DNA of 62,928 nucleotides, the filler included, from Octopus bimaculoides (Eukaryota), in the NCBI RefSeq assembly GCF_001194135.2. It is 4 parts of 3 records of this genome, joined end to end, with 100 filler letters (N's around TTAATTAATTAA, not from the genome) between each part and the next. Parts side by side here need not be neighbours in the genome. Positions count along the whole stretch, not along the records: positions 34,300 to 57,656 come from NC_068983.1; positions 57,757 to 62,928 come from NC_069006.1; 2 more parts are not named here. The stretch is one strand, 5' to 3'. The notes under the pieces are model-generated. The model was not told where the DNA came from. It did not search any database and saw nothing but the letters and a program-made list of their open reading frames with translations. The stretch's first letter is position 1, and each line of letters begins with the position of its first letter. The position numbers and the translations under genes are program-made. Positions 50,312 through 62,309 of this stretch are shown piece after piece.

Positions 50312-50848
50312 GGTGCAGACATGGCTATGTGGTAAGAGTGGAGGCACAATGATCCAGTGGTTAGGATCGCACCTTCGATTCCCAGACCGGGCGTTGTGAG
50401 TGTTTATTGAGCAAAAACACCTAAAGTTCCACGAGGCTCTGGCAGGGGGTTATGGAGAACCCTGCAATACTCTTTCACCGCAACTTTCTTTCACTCTTCC
50501 TTCCTGTTTCTGTTGTACCTGTATTTCAAAGGGCCAGCCTTATCACTCTGTGTGTCACGCTGAATCTCCCCGAGAACTACGCAAAGGGTACACGTGTCTG
50601 TGGAGTGCTCAGCCACTTACACCTTAATTTCACGAGCAGGCTGTTCCGTTGATCGGATCAACTGGAACCCTCGTCGTCATAACCGACGGAGTGCCACGAC
50701 GATGTGGTAAGAAATTTGATTCCTAATCACATGGTCTCGGGTTCAATCCCACTGTGTTGCACCTTGGACAAGTGTCTTCTGCTGTAGCCCCGAGCCGACT
50801 AAAACCTTCTGAGTGGATCTGATAAACGGAAACTGAAAAAGTCCGTCG

Positions 50849-50850
<2 letters not shown>
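50312..50850 (+). mobile_element. SINE family A head interrupted by a family C SINE (50338-50701)
   Basis: ATGTGGTAAGA duplicated at 50327-50337 and 50702-50712 around the insert. Confidence 0.8.
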
Positions 50851-50895
<45 letters not shown>

Positions 50896-53529
50896 GTACA
50901 TATATAGGTTATTTTGTTATTTTTACCAAGAATAATTTTGACAGTGACTTACGAAGTTTCGACCAGCTAAGCCATCATCGGACTGTGGTTCATCTTGCTT
51001 TTATCATCTTGTCTCTGTTACGTTAAAACATTTCTAGGGTAAGCTGAGCTGTGTTGAATGATAATTAGCTTGCATGGCAGGTTGTGATGGGGAGGTGTTA
51101 TGGAGACATTTCATTGACTAAATTTGGGGTTGTGTTATTGTTCAGAATTTATTCATACATCTAATCAGGTGAGTCTATTTAAGTGTACTCTCCTCAGGTC
51201 ATGGGGTTCACAAAAGGAAGGTGGACGGTGTTTGTTAGTCAGTAGATGTGTCATTGGGTTTAGTTGTTAGTTTTATTTGGATATTGAGGAGATATTTGAC
51301 ATTTTATTTTGGGAATGCGAAGGTTAAAACTCAGAGGTCAGTCATTGTATAAACCTTTGTAATTATTTGTGTTATTTTGGTACTGCAGCTTTTAGGAAGT
51401 GGAGATTTTAAGGTTCTCAAAGGAATGTAAGGAATGTACATATAATAATCAGTTAGTTGTCCATAAGTTCGAAAAAAGCACACTCCAAAAGAAAATTTAA
51501 GCAGTTTTAATTTATGTAGATGAGTAGTATGTCTTTTATTATGGCATATAACCGGTCAGAAAGCAACCATTGGTTTCACGTCTGCTGTTGCACTTGGTAG
51601 TATAGGTGACTCACCACACAGACTTGTTGGAGACGCATAGCTACGTGCTTGCTGCCGAAAGTTTCACGTATTGATAAGTGCCAGCATTGGGAATTCTTGG
51701 CCCTTGAGACACTCTCTAGCTTCTGCCGATTATTACATCATCACGCATTTTAAAGCTTTCTTTTTTCTGTCGAGGGCTTATATGCCCCGTTATTAGACTA
51801 TTTTCCTTAGTCATTATTATTATTTACAGGATTGTAAAATACGGCACCGTATAATAAAGCCATTCGCACTGAAAGCATATATATATATATATATATATAT
51901 ATANNNNNNNNNNNNNNNNNNNNNNNNNNNNNNNNNNNNNNNNNNNNNNNNNNNNNNNNNNNNNNNNNNNNNNNNNNNNNNNNNNNNNNNNNNNNNNNNN
52001 NNNNNNNNNNNNNNNNNNNNNNNNNNNNNNNNNNNNNNNNNNNNNNNNNNNNNNNNNNNNNNNNNNNNNNNNNNNNNNNNNNNNNNNNNNNNNNNNNNNN
52101 NNNNNNNNNNNNNNNNNNNNNNNNNNNNNNNNNNNNNNNNNNNNNNNNNNNNNNNNNNNNNNNNNNNNNNNNNNNNNNNNNNNNNNNNNNNNNNNNNNNN
52201 NNNNNNNNNNNNNNNNNNNNNNNNNNNNNNNNNNNNNNNNNNNNNNNNNNNNNNNNNNNNNNNNNNNNNNNNNNNNNNNNNNNNNNNNNNNNNNNNNNNN
52301 NNNNNNNNNNNNNNNNNNNNNNNNNNNNNNNNNNNNNNNNNNNNNNNNNNNNNNNNNNNNNNNNNNNNNNNNNNNNNNNNNNNNNNNNNNNNNNNNNNNN
52401 NNNNNNNNNNNNNNNNNNNNNNNNNNNNNNNNNNNNNNNNNNNNNNNNNNNNNNNNNNNNNNNNNNNNNNNNNNNNNNNNNNNNNNNNNNNNNNNNNNNN
52501 NNNNNNNNNNNNNNNNNNNNNNNNNNNNNNNNNNNNNNNNNNNNNNNNNNNNNNNNNNNNNNNNNNNNNNNNNNNNNNNNNNNNNNNNNNNNNNNNNNNN
52601 NNNNNNNNNNNNNNNNNNNNNNNNNNNNNNNNNNNNNNNNNNNNNNNNNNNNNNNNNNNNNNNNNNNNNNNNNNNNNNNNNNNNNNNNNNNNNNNNNNNN
52701 TTGAATTTTATCGAACAAATAAGAGAACAGTGTTCAGTGCATGTTGTAGTCTATATGGTTTATTGGAACTGAATGTTTATATCCTGACTAAAATTTCACT
52801 TTACAAAGCGATTTTTAAGGGAGAACAGTTCTCGACTTATGATTGTGTTGGCATGAAACTTGTGACGCAAGTAAAATATTCAGTCTCAATAGCTCTCCAC
52901 CACATGCATATATATAAAGATTTTCGAAATTTTGATGCAGTCACAATATTTGAAAAAGATTTTATGAAATTAAAAATGATTAATTTTGTAAATTAGCTAA
53001 AAAGAAAACGAATGATATAAACCTTGTGGAAAGAAGTTTACGTATCGTGTAAGTGCTTCCACTAGTTTTAGCTATTCAAACACTTGTGTGTTAGATGCTG
53101 AGTTCAAAGCAAGGGACAGTGCTCATGATCCTTGTAAGTGTTGTGAAGGGAGGAGATTTTAGAAGGTGGATGGTCTAGGGGAGAGATGACTGCATATATC
53201 GGCAAGTTTGTGGCAGGGGTGCATGTGTTTGGATGCAATAGGAGTGACAAAAGATGGACAGACGAACGATTCGAAGCTGACTGAATGGTGGTGAGTTATC
53301 AGCCTACTCTGTAGTAGCGACAGAAAAAGAGAAACAGAAAAGAAACAGGTACGATATACCTGTGGGCCAGACGCTAGAAGACGATATAGTATGTATCCAT
53401 ATACTGAAGTATATATGTAAGACATGAGAAATTTTCCTAAGGATGTTTTCTGCATAATGCGTATATAGTTAAGTGGTGGGAGGCTAACACGCTTTATTTA
53501 GTGAGTCTCCAGTTATACATAATATGTAT

Positions 53530-53860
53530 GACGGCTTATAACTCGGAGATTAAGGAGTCTCTCCAGGTCGAACAGCTACTTCTCCCCATTGAGAGATTCA
53601 GTTTTGGTACAACGAACATGTGATTAGAATTTCGCAGGAAAGAATCACAAGACAGATTCTTCAGGCCGAGCCAATCGGCAGGAGATCTATGGGTAGACCA
53701 AGAACGAGTTGGTTGGATAATGACCATTGTCTCAGTTGGTTACGCTTGGAAATCCAGCCGGAAAGTCTTATGTCGTTTGCTTCTGATAGAACCCCATAAA
53801 AGAGATGTCTGAGGGCTCTACTTCCATGACTCTCCCAGAAACCGTGGATAGATGGAATAT
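53530..53860 (+). mobile_element. RTE-clade LINE 3' fragment
   Basis: Frameshifted RQILQAEPIGRRSMGRPRTSWLDN...SWLRLEIQPE, typical of the RTE ORF C-terminus (GRR..GRPR..W). Confidence 0.72.
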
Positions 53861-53879
53861 ATGACTGTATGTTAGGGTC

Positions 53880-54240
53880 AGGCGGTCGATCTGTTGAAGA
53901 AGCCATTTGCAACGAGAGCAGGAAATGCAGATATTGAACGTTGAGTGAACGTGTCAAGAAATAGGAAATCAATTAACGGAGAGCTAGGCGACTGCCAATC
54001 AATCAGTGTTTATCTTGCGTTCCAATATAATCACCACCTGGAGTAGACTTTAACTTTTCTCACACCGTGTCAAAATAGCCAAGTCTAAAAAGCTCTTGGG
54101 AAATTTCACTGCTGGAGTTCATGTTTTGTAATTCAATTAGCTTCCTGAACCAATGACACACTGCACACATCCATTGAAGGAAACTATAATTTCAGATGGA
54201 GATTATGAAAGTGATTGGAAAACAATCAATCAAAGGTGAT
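53880..54240 (+). mobile_element. Mariner fragment
   Basis: 53880-53985 is the reverse complement of the mariner segment at 48160-48260; degraded transposase sequence follows. Confidence 0.6.
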
Positions 54241-54450
54241 TCACAAGAGCTTCAATTATCTATAATTGATCACACTCGTATCGCTGCTCCTATCATTAAA
54301 GAAAACAATATGAACGTTACAATATTCTATAAACTTCTTTCCTATAAATTAGAAGATTGTGTTTAGTTAAAAGGCATCGATATGATTACTATCAAAACAG
54401 TCTAGTTATTTATTATTTAGTTATTTTCATATGATTGATTTATATTATGC

Positions 54451-54513
<63 letters not shown>

Positions 54514-55815
54514 GTATGTATATGTATGTATGTTTAATACTATATTATATATACTGTACTATAAAACACGACTGCTTAGCGTTGCCGTTTTAGTTTAATG
54601 CTGGTCGTTGTTTTCATAATAGGAGATGTCTCTGGGTGTATCCTGTCTACATTTTAGTGCTCTACCTTGGGTCCGCGGAAGTCTGGGGTTTCACAAAGAT
54701 AGTGCTTTGGGCTTATAAGCTGTGTTCAATATTTTAAAAGACTGCAATGTAAATTTCGTTACGTATGATTATTCAGTTACGTATATCTTTCAAGTGAGAG
54801 ATGAAAGTAAGAAAGTTAATTTGTTTTAATAGTTAATAAAACTCAACTTTTAAAAATCCAGGGTTTGTAGGGAAATTTATTTAAACATAAAGTGTGCTTC
54901 GTCGTGAAAAAAGTTAGGTAACCCTGCTCTAATGATTACTGGCGTATGAAGACGGATTTTATCTAACATCTGATATGTCTCTAACTTGTACGACCTTATC
55001 ACTGTTGCTTCTGACCACACATGTTCACAAATTTATATGCGACTAAACCACCTCTCATACAATGTTTCCATGGAAAGACACCTTAAAAACAAATCCCAAC
55101 TAGACATGATAAACACAATTTTCAGTAGTATTAAGAGACAATCGTTGCACATTTCAAGGAAATGTCACTCGTTACACGAACAACACACAACTAATCGCTA
55201 CAAATGGTGGGTGTCATACAAAGAGAAAAACTACTTCAGTCCTTATCTGTTTTTAATTCCCTACAAAGCTCAGCAGAAATCCACATCACACATATTTTTC
55301 TTTTCTACTCTAGGCACAAGGCCCGAAATTTTTGGGGAGGGGGCCAGTCGATTACATCGACCCCAGTACACAACTTGTACTTAATTTATCGACCTCGAAA
55401 GGATGAAAGGCAAAGTCGACCTCGGTGGAATTTGAACTCAGAATGTAAAGACAGACGAAATACCGCTAAGCATTTCGCCCGGCCTGTTAACGTTTCTGCC
55501 AGCTCACCGCCTTACTGGCTTACAAATATGGGACGACAAAGCTGATATCTTTTGAACATTGATATCTTTGAACGGATCACAAAGATGACCATTCGACTTA
55601 ATGTCAAAGACTTACTCATCAATATACTACAATGGCTCATAGACGAGATGTTTCTTGTCGTTGTAATCTTCAGTCGCTAACCCATACGGGAAAACACAGC
55701 ACATGCGCGCGCACGTTTGAATGTAGTAGAAACATGAAACACTCAAGACAAGTAAGTATTGTGTGTGCATATGTATGCATACATGTACGTATACATAATA
55801 TATGTGTATAAATGA

Positions 55816-56690
55816 GTACCAGCAATTGCTAGAAATAAGAATGAAAACGACTCGAAGTAGCCACACAGAGCACTAACCTCATGAATTGACGGAAAGCGGG
55901 GGAGGAAGCTAAAGCACTTCTCCACGGTGAGATAAATTCACAAAATGAAGTAAACAGACATATTCTTATCACGTGATTTCGAACTTTGACCATTATAATC
56001 TTAGCTCTTATCAGGGGATCTCACTGGTACTCCGGGTTAAAAAGAGTAGCTCACCTCGTATAACTCACGAGAAAAACCGTTGAAAGCCAGCACTAAATTC
56101 AAAACAAAGTGTATAGTATAAATACAATAAGATATAATATATTAATATACTAAAATATATTACAAATATTTTGATATAGGTGGCTCGTTAGCAATTAAAA
56201 CCTAAAGGCAAGTTAATAAACAAGGTTACAAGGTTACCAGCAGTTGCTAGAATTGAAAGTCAAACGATTCAAAATACCCACCAAGAACATTAATCTCATG
56301 AACTAACGGAAAGCAGAGGCTTTCAACGGTTTTTCTCTAGAGTTATACGATAACCAATGAGATCTCCTGATGAGAACTAAGACTATAATGATCAAAGTTC
56401 GAAATCACGTGATAAGGATATGTATGTTTACTTCATTTTGTGAGTTTATTTCACAATGAAAACGTGCTTTAGCTTGCACCCCCGCTTTCCGTCAGTTCAT
56501 GAGGTTAGTGCTCTGTGTGGCTATTTCGTGTCATTTTGACTCTTATTTCTAACAATTACCAGTACTAATTTGTACCTTTGTTTATTAACTTGCATTTAGA
56601 TTTTCATTGCTAACGAGCCGCCTATATTATAATATATATAGTATATTTTTGATATATAAATATGTTATAATATCTTATTGTATATATATA
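55816..56690. repeat. Three-copy foldback / inverted duplication
   Basis: 55816-56088 is the reverse complement of 56318-56565; 56113-56314 is a direct partial copy whose inverse is also in 56480-56690. Confidence 0.85.
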
Positions 56691-57081
56691 TATATATATA
56701 TATATNNNNNNNNNNNNNNNNNNNNNNNNNNNNNNNNNNNNNNNNNNNNNNNNNNNNNNNNNNNNNNNNNNNNNNNNNNNNNNNNNNNNNNNNNNNNNNN
56801 NNNNNNNNNNNNNNNNNNNNNNNNNNNNNNNNNNNNNNNNNNNNNNNNNNNNNNNNNNNNNNNNNNNNNNNNNNNNNNNNNNNNNNNNNNNNNNNNNNNN
56901 NNNNNNNNNNNNNNNNNNNNNNNNNNNNNNNNNNNNNNNNNNNNNNNNNNNNNNNNNNNNNNNNNNNNNNNNNNNNNNNNNNNNNNNNNNNNNNNNNNNN
57001 NNNNNNNNNNNNNNNNNNNNNNNNNNNNNNNNNNNNNNNNNNNNNNNNNNNNNNNNNNNNNNNNNGCAGATCGGTGGCTAT

Positions 57082-57126
57082 CGGACGCTGACGAAGGGAA
57101 ATAACCCTGAAACCCGGGTCCGTTCG
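57082..57126 (+). ncRNA. Minimal type I hammerhead ribozyme with palindromic helix III
   Basis: CGGACG-CTGACGA-AGGG(AAATAA)CCCT-GAAAC-CCGG-GTC-CGTTCG: complete core, stems I and II, palindrome ACCCGGGT, GUC cleavage triplet ending at 57120. Confidence 0.82.
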
Positions 57127-57656
57127 TGCTACAGATCACGATGAGAGGGATAACTTCCCTTGGCAAAACAAACAGGACACAGAAGTGTGTCGATAAGCCA
57201 GCTGGAGGAGATGTCCTCCTGGGGCTAAAAGCAACAGTAGCATCCACCCCTAGGGGTCAGCCACATTTAAGTGGCAATATACTTCACTTTATATATATAT
57301 ATTTACATACATATTTGCATACATACATACATACATACATACATACATACATGCATGCATACATACATGCATGCATACATACATGCATGCATACATACAT
57401 ACATGTGTGTATGTATATATTCCTTTTTTTTAAACTTGTGTCAGTCATTTGTCTGCGGCCATGCTGGTGCAGCGCCTTTAGTCGAGCAAGTCGACCATAA
57501 GATTTATTCTTTGTAAGCCTAGTACTTATTCTATCGGTCTCTTTCGTCGAACCGCTAAGTTACAGGGACGTAAACGCACTAGCATCGGTTGTCAAGCGAT
57601 GTTGAGGAGACAAGCACAGATACACACACACAAATATATATATATATATATATATA

Positions 57657-57756
57657 NNNNNNNNNNNNNNNNNNNNNNNNNNNNNNNNNNNNNNNNNNNN
57701 TTAATTAATTAANNNNNNNNNNNNNNNNNNNNNNNNNNNNNNNNNNNNNNNNNNNN
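57657..57756. other. Artificial scaffold-join spacer
   Basis: 44 N + TTAATTAATTAA + 44 N. Confidence 0.95.
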
Positions 57757-58520
57757 TGACACGTAAAAGCACCCACTACACTCTCTGAGTGGTTGGCGTT
57801 AGGAAGGGCATCCAGCTGTAGAAACTCTGCCAAATTAGACTGGAGCCTGGTGTTGCCATCCGGTTTCACCAGTCCTCAGTCAAATCGTCCAACCCATGCT
57901 AGCATGGAAAGCGGACATTAAACGATGATGATGATGATGATGATGATGACCGGTCTTCTTCTCAAGCACAGTATAATGACAAAGGTCTCGGACAATTTTC
58001 ATTATCTCCATGAGGCCCAACACTTAAAATGTGCATTTTACGTGCCACCAGAATGGGTGCTAGCTATGCGACACCTCCATGAGGCGCAATGCTCGAAAGG
58101 TGCTTTTTACATGCCAGTTACTTGATGCTGACAACAGCCACAACAATTGTTTCACTTGGCTTCACCAGTCTTCTTTTCAAGCACAGCAAATCACCAAAGG
58201 TCTCGGTCACTAGTCATTGCCTCCGTGAGCCAAACGTGGCCTATGCCAGCCCCGCCTTGACTGGCTTCCATGCCGGTGTTACGTAAAAAGCACCATCCAA
58301 TTGTGGTCGATGCCAGCTCCTCTGGCCCCTGTGCTGGTGGCACATAAAAAGTACCTGCTACACTCTTGGAGTGGTTGGCATTAGGAAGGACATCCAGCTG
58401 TAGAAACACGTCCAGATCAGATTGAAGCCTAGTGCAGCCTCCTGGCTTCCCAGACCCCAGTCAAACCGTCCAACCCATGCCAGTATGCAAAAACGGACAT
58501 TAAATGATGATGATGATGAT
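57757..58520 (+). mobile_element. Family D retroposon copies ending in (GAT)n (also about 36130-36470, 42140-42310, 45295-45450)
   Basis: Shared GGAAGGGCATCCAGCTGTAGAAAC...CCAACCCATGCCAGCATGGAAAGCGGAC(A/G)TTAAA(C/T)GATGATGAT. Confidence 0.8.
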
Positions 58521-58749
58521 ATATATATGTATAATACAATATAAGGATAAAATCATGTTAATGATTTTTATCAAGTGTTAGCATGCAATAAAAACTTATA
58601 GGTAATTTATGGATTAAATTAATAATTATATATAATTATATCAAAGGAGCAAGTACGGAAAAAAAACGACCTATCTCCAACATGCTTGTTTTGCTCTTAC
58701 TTCCTTAATATAATTACATGCATATATATATAATTATTAATTTAATGTA

Positions 58750-58793
<44 letters not shown>

Positions 58794-59298
58794 GAATTAT
58801 TAATTTAATACACACACACACATACATACNNNNNNNNNNNNNNNNNNNNNNNNNNNNNNNNNNNNNNNNNNNNNNNNNNNNNNNNNNNNNNNNNNNNNNN
58901 NNNNNNNNNNNNNNNNNNNNNNNNNNNNNNNNNNNNNNNNNNNNNNNNNNNNNNNNNNNNNNNNNNNNNNNNNNNNNNNNNNAGATAGATAAATAGATAG
59001 ATAGATAGATAGATACATATACACTGGTGTATATGATTGTGTAGAGAAGAACATATTACTCAAAGAAATTCCACCTTTGTCTGATTTTCATGTTTTATTT
59101 ACAATCTTATAATGATATAATATAATATAATGAAATGATAGAATATTAAATGTTCATATATATATATATAGCCACCAACGAAGCCACAAATGCAAAATAT
59201 AAGTTAGTCCTAGAGTGCACAATGTTTCTGAAGGTTGGCAATGGTTTTCCTCGGTCACGAGTGGACGGCCATCATATATATATGTATTTTTATACTTT

Positions 59299-59963
59299 TC
59301 TTTTACTTGTTTCAGTCATTTGACTGCAGCCATGCTGGAGCACCACCTTTAGTTGAAGAAATCAACACCAGGACTTATTTTTGTAAGCCTAATACTTATT
59401 ATATTGGTTCTCTTTTTGCCAAACCGCTAAGTTACGAGGTGGTGGGGGACAAACACAGACACAAACATATACATATATATGTATATACATACATACAATA
59501 GGCTCCTTTCGGTTTCCGTCTACCAAATCCACTCACAAGGCTTTGGTCGGCCCAAGGCTATAGCTGAACACACTTGCCCAAGGTCCCACACAATGGGACT
59601 GACCCCAGAACCATGTTGTTGGGAAGCAAGCTACTTACCACACAGCCATGCCTGTGCCTATATATATATATATTCTTTTATTTGTTTTAGTCATTTGACT
59701 GCAGCCATGCTGGAGCATCACCTTAACGGGTCTAAGAGATTTTGGTAAATGAAATCAACCCCTAGTACTTATTCTATTGGTCTATTTTGCCACACTGTTA
59801 AGTTACGAGGACATAAATACACCAGCATAAACACACATTATATATACTATGGGCTTCTTTCAGTTTTTGTCTACCAAATCCACTCACAAGGCTTTCGTCA
59901 CTGAACCTGGAACCATATGGTTGGGAAGCAAGCTTCTTACCACACAGCCATGCCTGCACTTAA

Positions 59964-59994
<31 letters not shown>

Positions 59995-60145
59995 ATGGGC
60001 TTCTTTCAGTTTCCGTCTACCAAATCCACTCACAAGGTTTTGGTTGGCCTGAGGCTATAGTAGAAGACACTTGCTCAAGGTGCTATGCAGTGGGACTGAA
60101 CCCAGAACCATGTTGTTGGGAAGCAACCTTCTTACCACACTGCTA
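59299..60145 (-). mobile_element. Cluster of three CpG-decayed family A SINE copies
   Basis: Repeated family A tail and head motifs with CG changed to TG/CA. Confidence 0.8.
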
Positions 60146-60779
60146 ATGCATACATATCTATCTATCTATCTACCTCTATACACTTATTGATGTACAGACA
60201 CACACACGTACGCACATGCCTTAATGTTCGTTATTATGTTATAATAAAACAATTTTACNNNNNNNNNNNNNNNNNNNNNNNNNNNNNNNNNNNNNNNNNN
60301 NNNNNNNNNNNNNNNNNNNNNNNNNNNNNNNNNNNNNNNNNNNNNNNNNNNNNNNNNNNNNNNNNNNNNNNNNNNNNNNNNNNNNNNNNNNNNNNNNNNN
60401 NNNNNNNNNNNNNNNNNNNNNNNNNNNNNNNNNNNNNNNNNNNNNNNNNNNNNNNNNNNNNNNNNNNNNNNNNNNNNNNNNNNNNNNNNNNNNNNNNNNN
60501 NNNNNNNNNNNNNNNNNNNNNNNNNNNNNNNNNNNNNNNNNNNNNNNNNNNNNNNNNNNNNNNNNNNNNNNNNNNNNNNNNNNNNNNNNNNNNNNNNNNN
60601 NNNNNNNNNNNNNNNNNNNNNNNNNNNNNNNNNNNNNNNNNNNNNNNNNNNNNNNNNNNNNNNNNNNNNNNNNNNNNNNNNNNNNNNNNNNNNNNNNNNN
60701 NNNNNNNNNNNNNNNNNNNNNNNNNNGCCTAGGGTGTTGGATGGCTTAATACATTACTGTCTGCGTGCTTTTGCTAGTC

Positions 60780-61320
60780 AGTCTAGCTGGCTAAACCTTG
60801 CTGGCTGGCTGGTCTGTCGGTCGGTCGGTTGGCTAAGCTAGCTGTTTCCCTGGATTGTCTTGCTGGGCTTGGAATGAGGCATTAAAGAATGGATGCGTGA
60901 CTAGTGACTGGCTGGCCGGTTGGACGGCTGGCTGGTTGGCACGTTGGCTGCCCGGTTGGTTGGTCGGTTGGTGAAAAGAAAAAAAGAAGCAGGCTGTCTG
61001 TCTGGTGAGAGGTTGAACCTACTTGGAGAGGAATAAGAAGGCTGGCAGTAATGGCTGGCTGGCTGACTGAATAAAATGGCTGATGAGGTGAGTGGTTCAC
61101 TGGCTGGTTGGCTAGCTGGCTGGCTGGCTGGTGCCTGACTGACTGGTTGGCCGGTCAGCTGGTTGGCAAAATATGGCTGATGAGGTGAGTAGCTCACTGC
61201 TTGACTGGCTGACTTTTTGTCTGTCTGTCAGTCTGGCTGGCTTACTGACTGGCTGGCAGCTAGTTGGCTGGCTATAATAGCTGATGAGGTGAGTGGGTGC
61301 TTGTTGGGTTGGTTGACAGG
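60780..61320. repeat. (GGCT/GACT)n-rich minisatellite with three GCTGATGAGGTGAGT motifs
   Basis: Directly visible low-complexity repeats. Confidence 0.75.
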
Positions 61321-61449
61321 TTGTTTAGCCCAAGGTCAGCCTAGATTGAGTAATCTTATGATCAAGCACATTCCAGCCGTGGTCAGCCTGTTCATTTTCA
61401 ATCCTATGTTGTTTAATGCATTTTTATTTATTTAAGAAAAGCAATGTGT

Positions 61450-62115
61450 GACTTGGGAGAGTTTTTTGTCTGCCATTTCTAATATATTAAATGACTTCAT
61501 AAGAGCCCTCATTGCCTTATAATTTAAGAGAGTTTTGACAGCTATTTCTAGCCTGTTGAATGACCGCATAGGGACTCCTTTGTTGGCTCATAATTTGTGG
61601 GAGTTTTGGCTGCCATTTTCAAATTGTTAAGACTCCCTCATTGGGTCATAATTTAAGGGAGTTTTGACTGTTATTACTAGCATAGTAGATCGTATAGCAA
61701 CTCCCTTATTGGTTCATAACTTACGGGAGATTTGGCTGTTATCTCTAGCCTATCATGTATCCTAAAAAGAGACTCCCTCATTTGTTCATAATTTAGTTGT
61801 TATTTCTACTTTGTCAAGTAACCTCATAGCAACACCCTCATTAACTCATAATTTGAGGGTGTTTTGGCTGCTATTTCTAGCCTCTTGAGTGACTTCATAG
61901 GAACTCCTTTATTGGCTCATAATTTGAGGGAATTTTGACTGCTATTTCTAACGAGTCAAGACTCCCTCATGTGTTCATAATGTCAGGAAGACTTAGTTGT
62001 TATTTCTACTTTGTCAAGCGACCTCATAGCTACACCCTCATTAACTCATAATATGAAGGTGTTTTGGCTGCTGTTTCTAGCCTGTCAAGTGACCTCATGA
62101 GGACTCCCTCATTGA
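61450..62115. repeat. Tandem array of about 55-70-bp units (roughly 10-11 copies)
   Basis: Unit approximates ACTCCCTCATTGGCTCATAATTTGAGGGAGTTTTGGCTGCTATTTCTAGCCTGTTGAGTGACCTCATAGG. Confidence 0.85.
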
Positions 62116-62309
62116 CTGATGGCTTACCGTATAAAGTATCCAAGCTAAACATTTGGTTGGTTTGAAAGCTGGCTGGCATTGTTGACAGGCTGGTTGGTAG
62201 GTGGCTGACAGAGAAATTGAGATAACAATAATTAGTTCTTCTATGGCTATAATTATAATTAACTAAAACAATTAAATATGGTGGAGCTCCCTTTTATCAT
62301 CTGTCCTTT

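Noticed and set aside
54986-55384. 132-aa ORF
   Set aside because: Runs into a SINE, has no recognisable domain and no supporting splice signals.
61078-61200. CTGATGAG + hairpin as hammerhead or C/D snoRNA
   Set aside because: No GAAA after the hairpin and no convincing D box or terminal stem.
61450-62115. CRISPR-like array
   Set aside because: Whole units are homologous with no unique spacers, there are no cas genes, and the context is eukaryotic.
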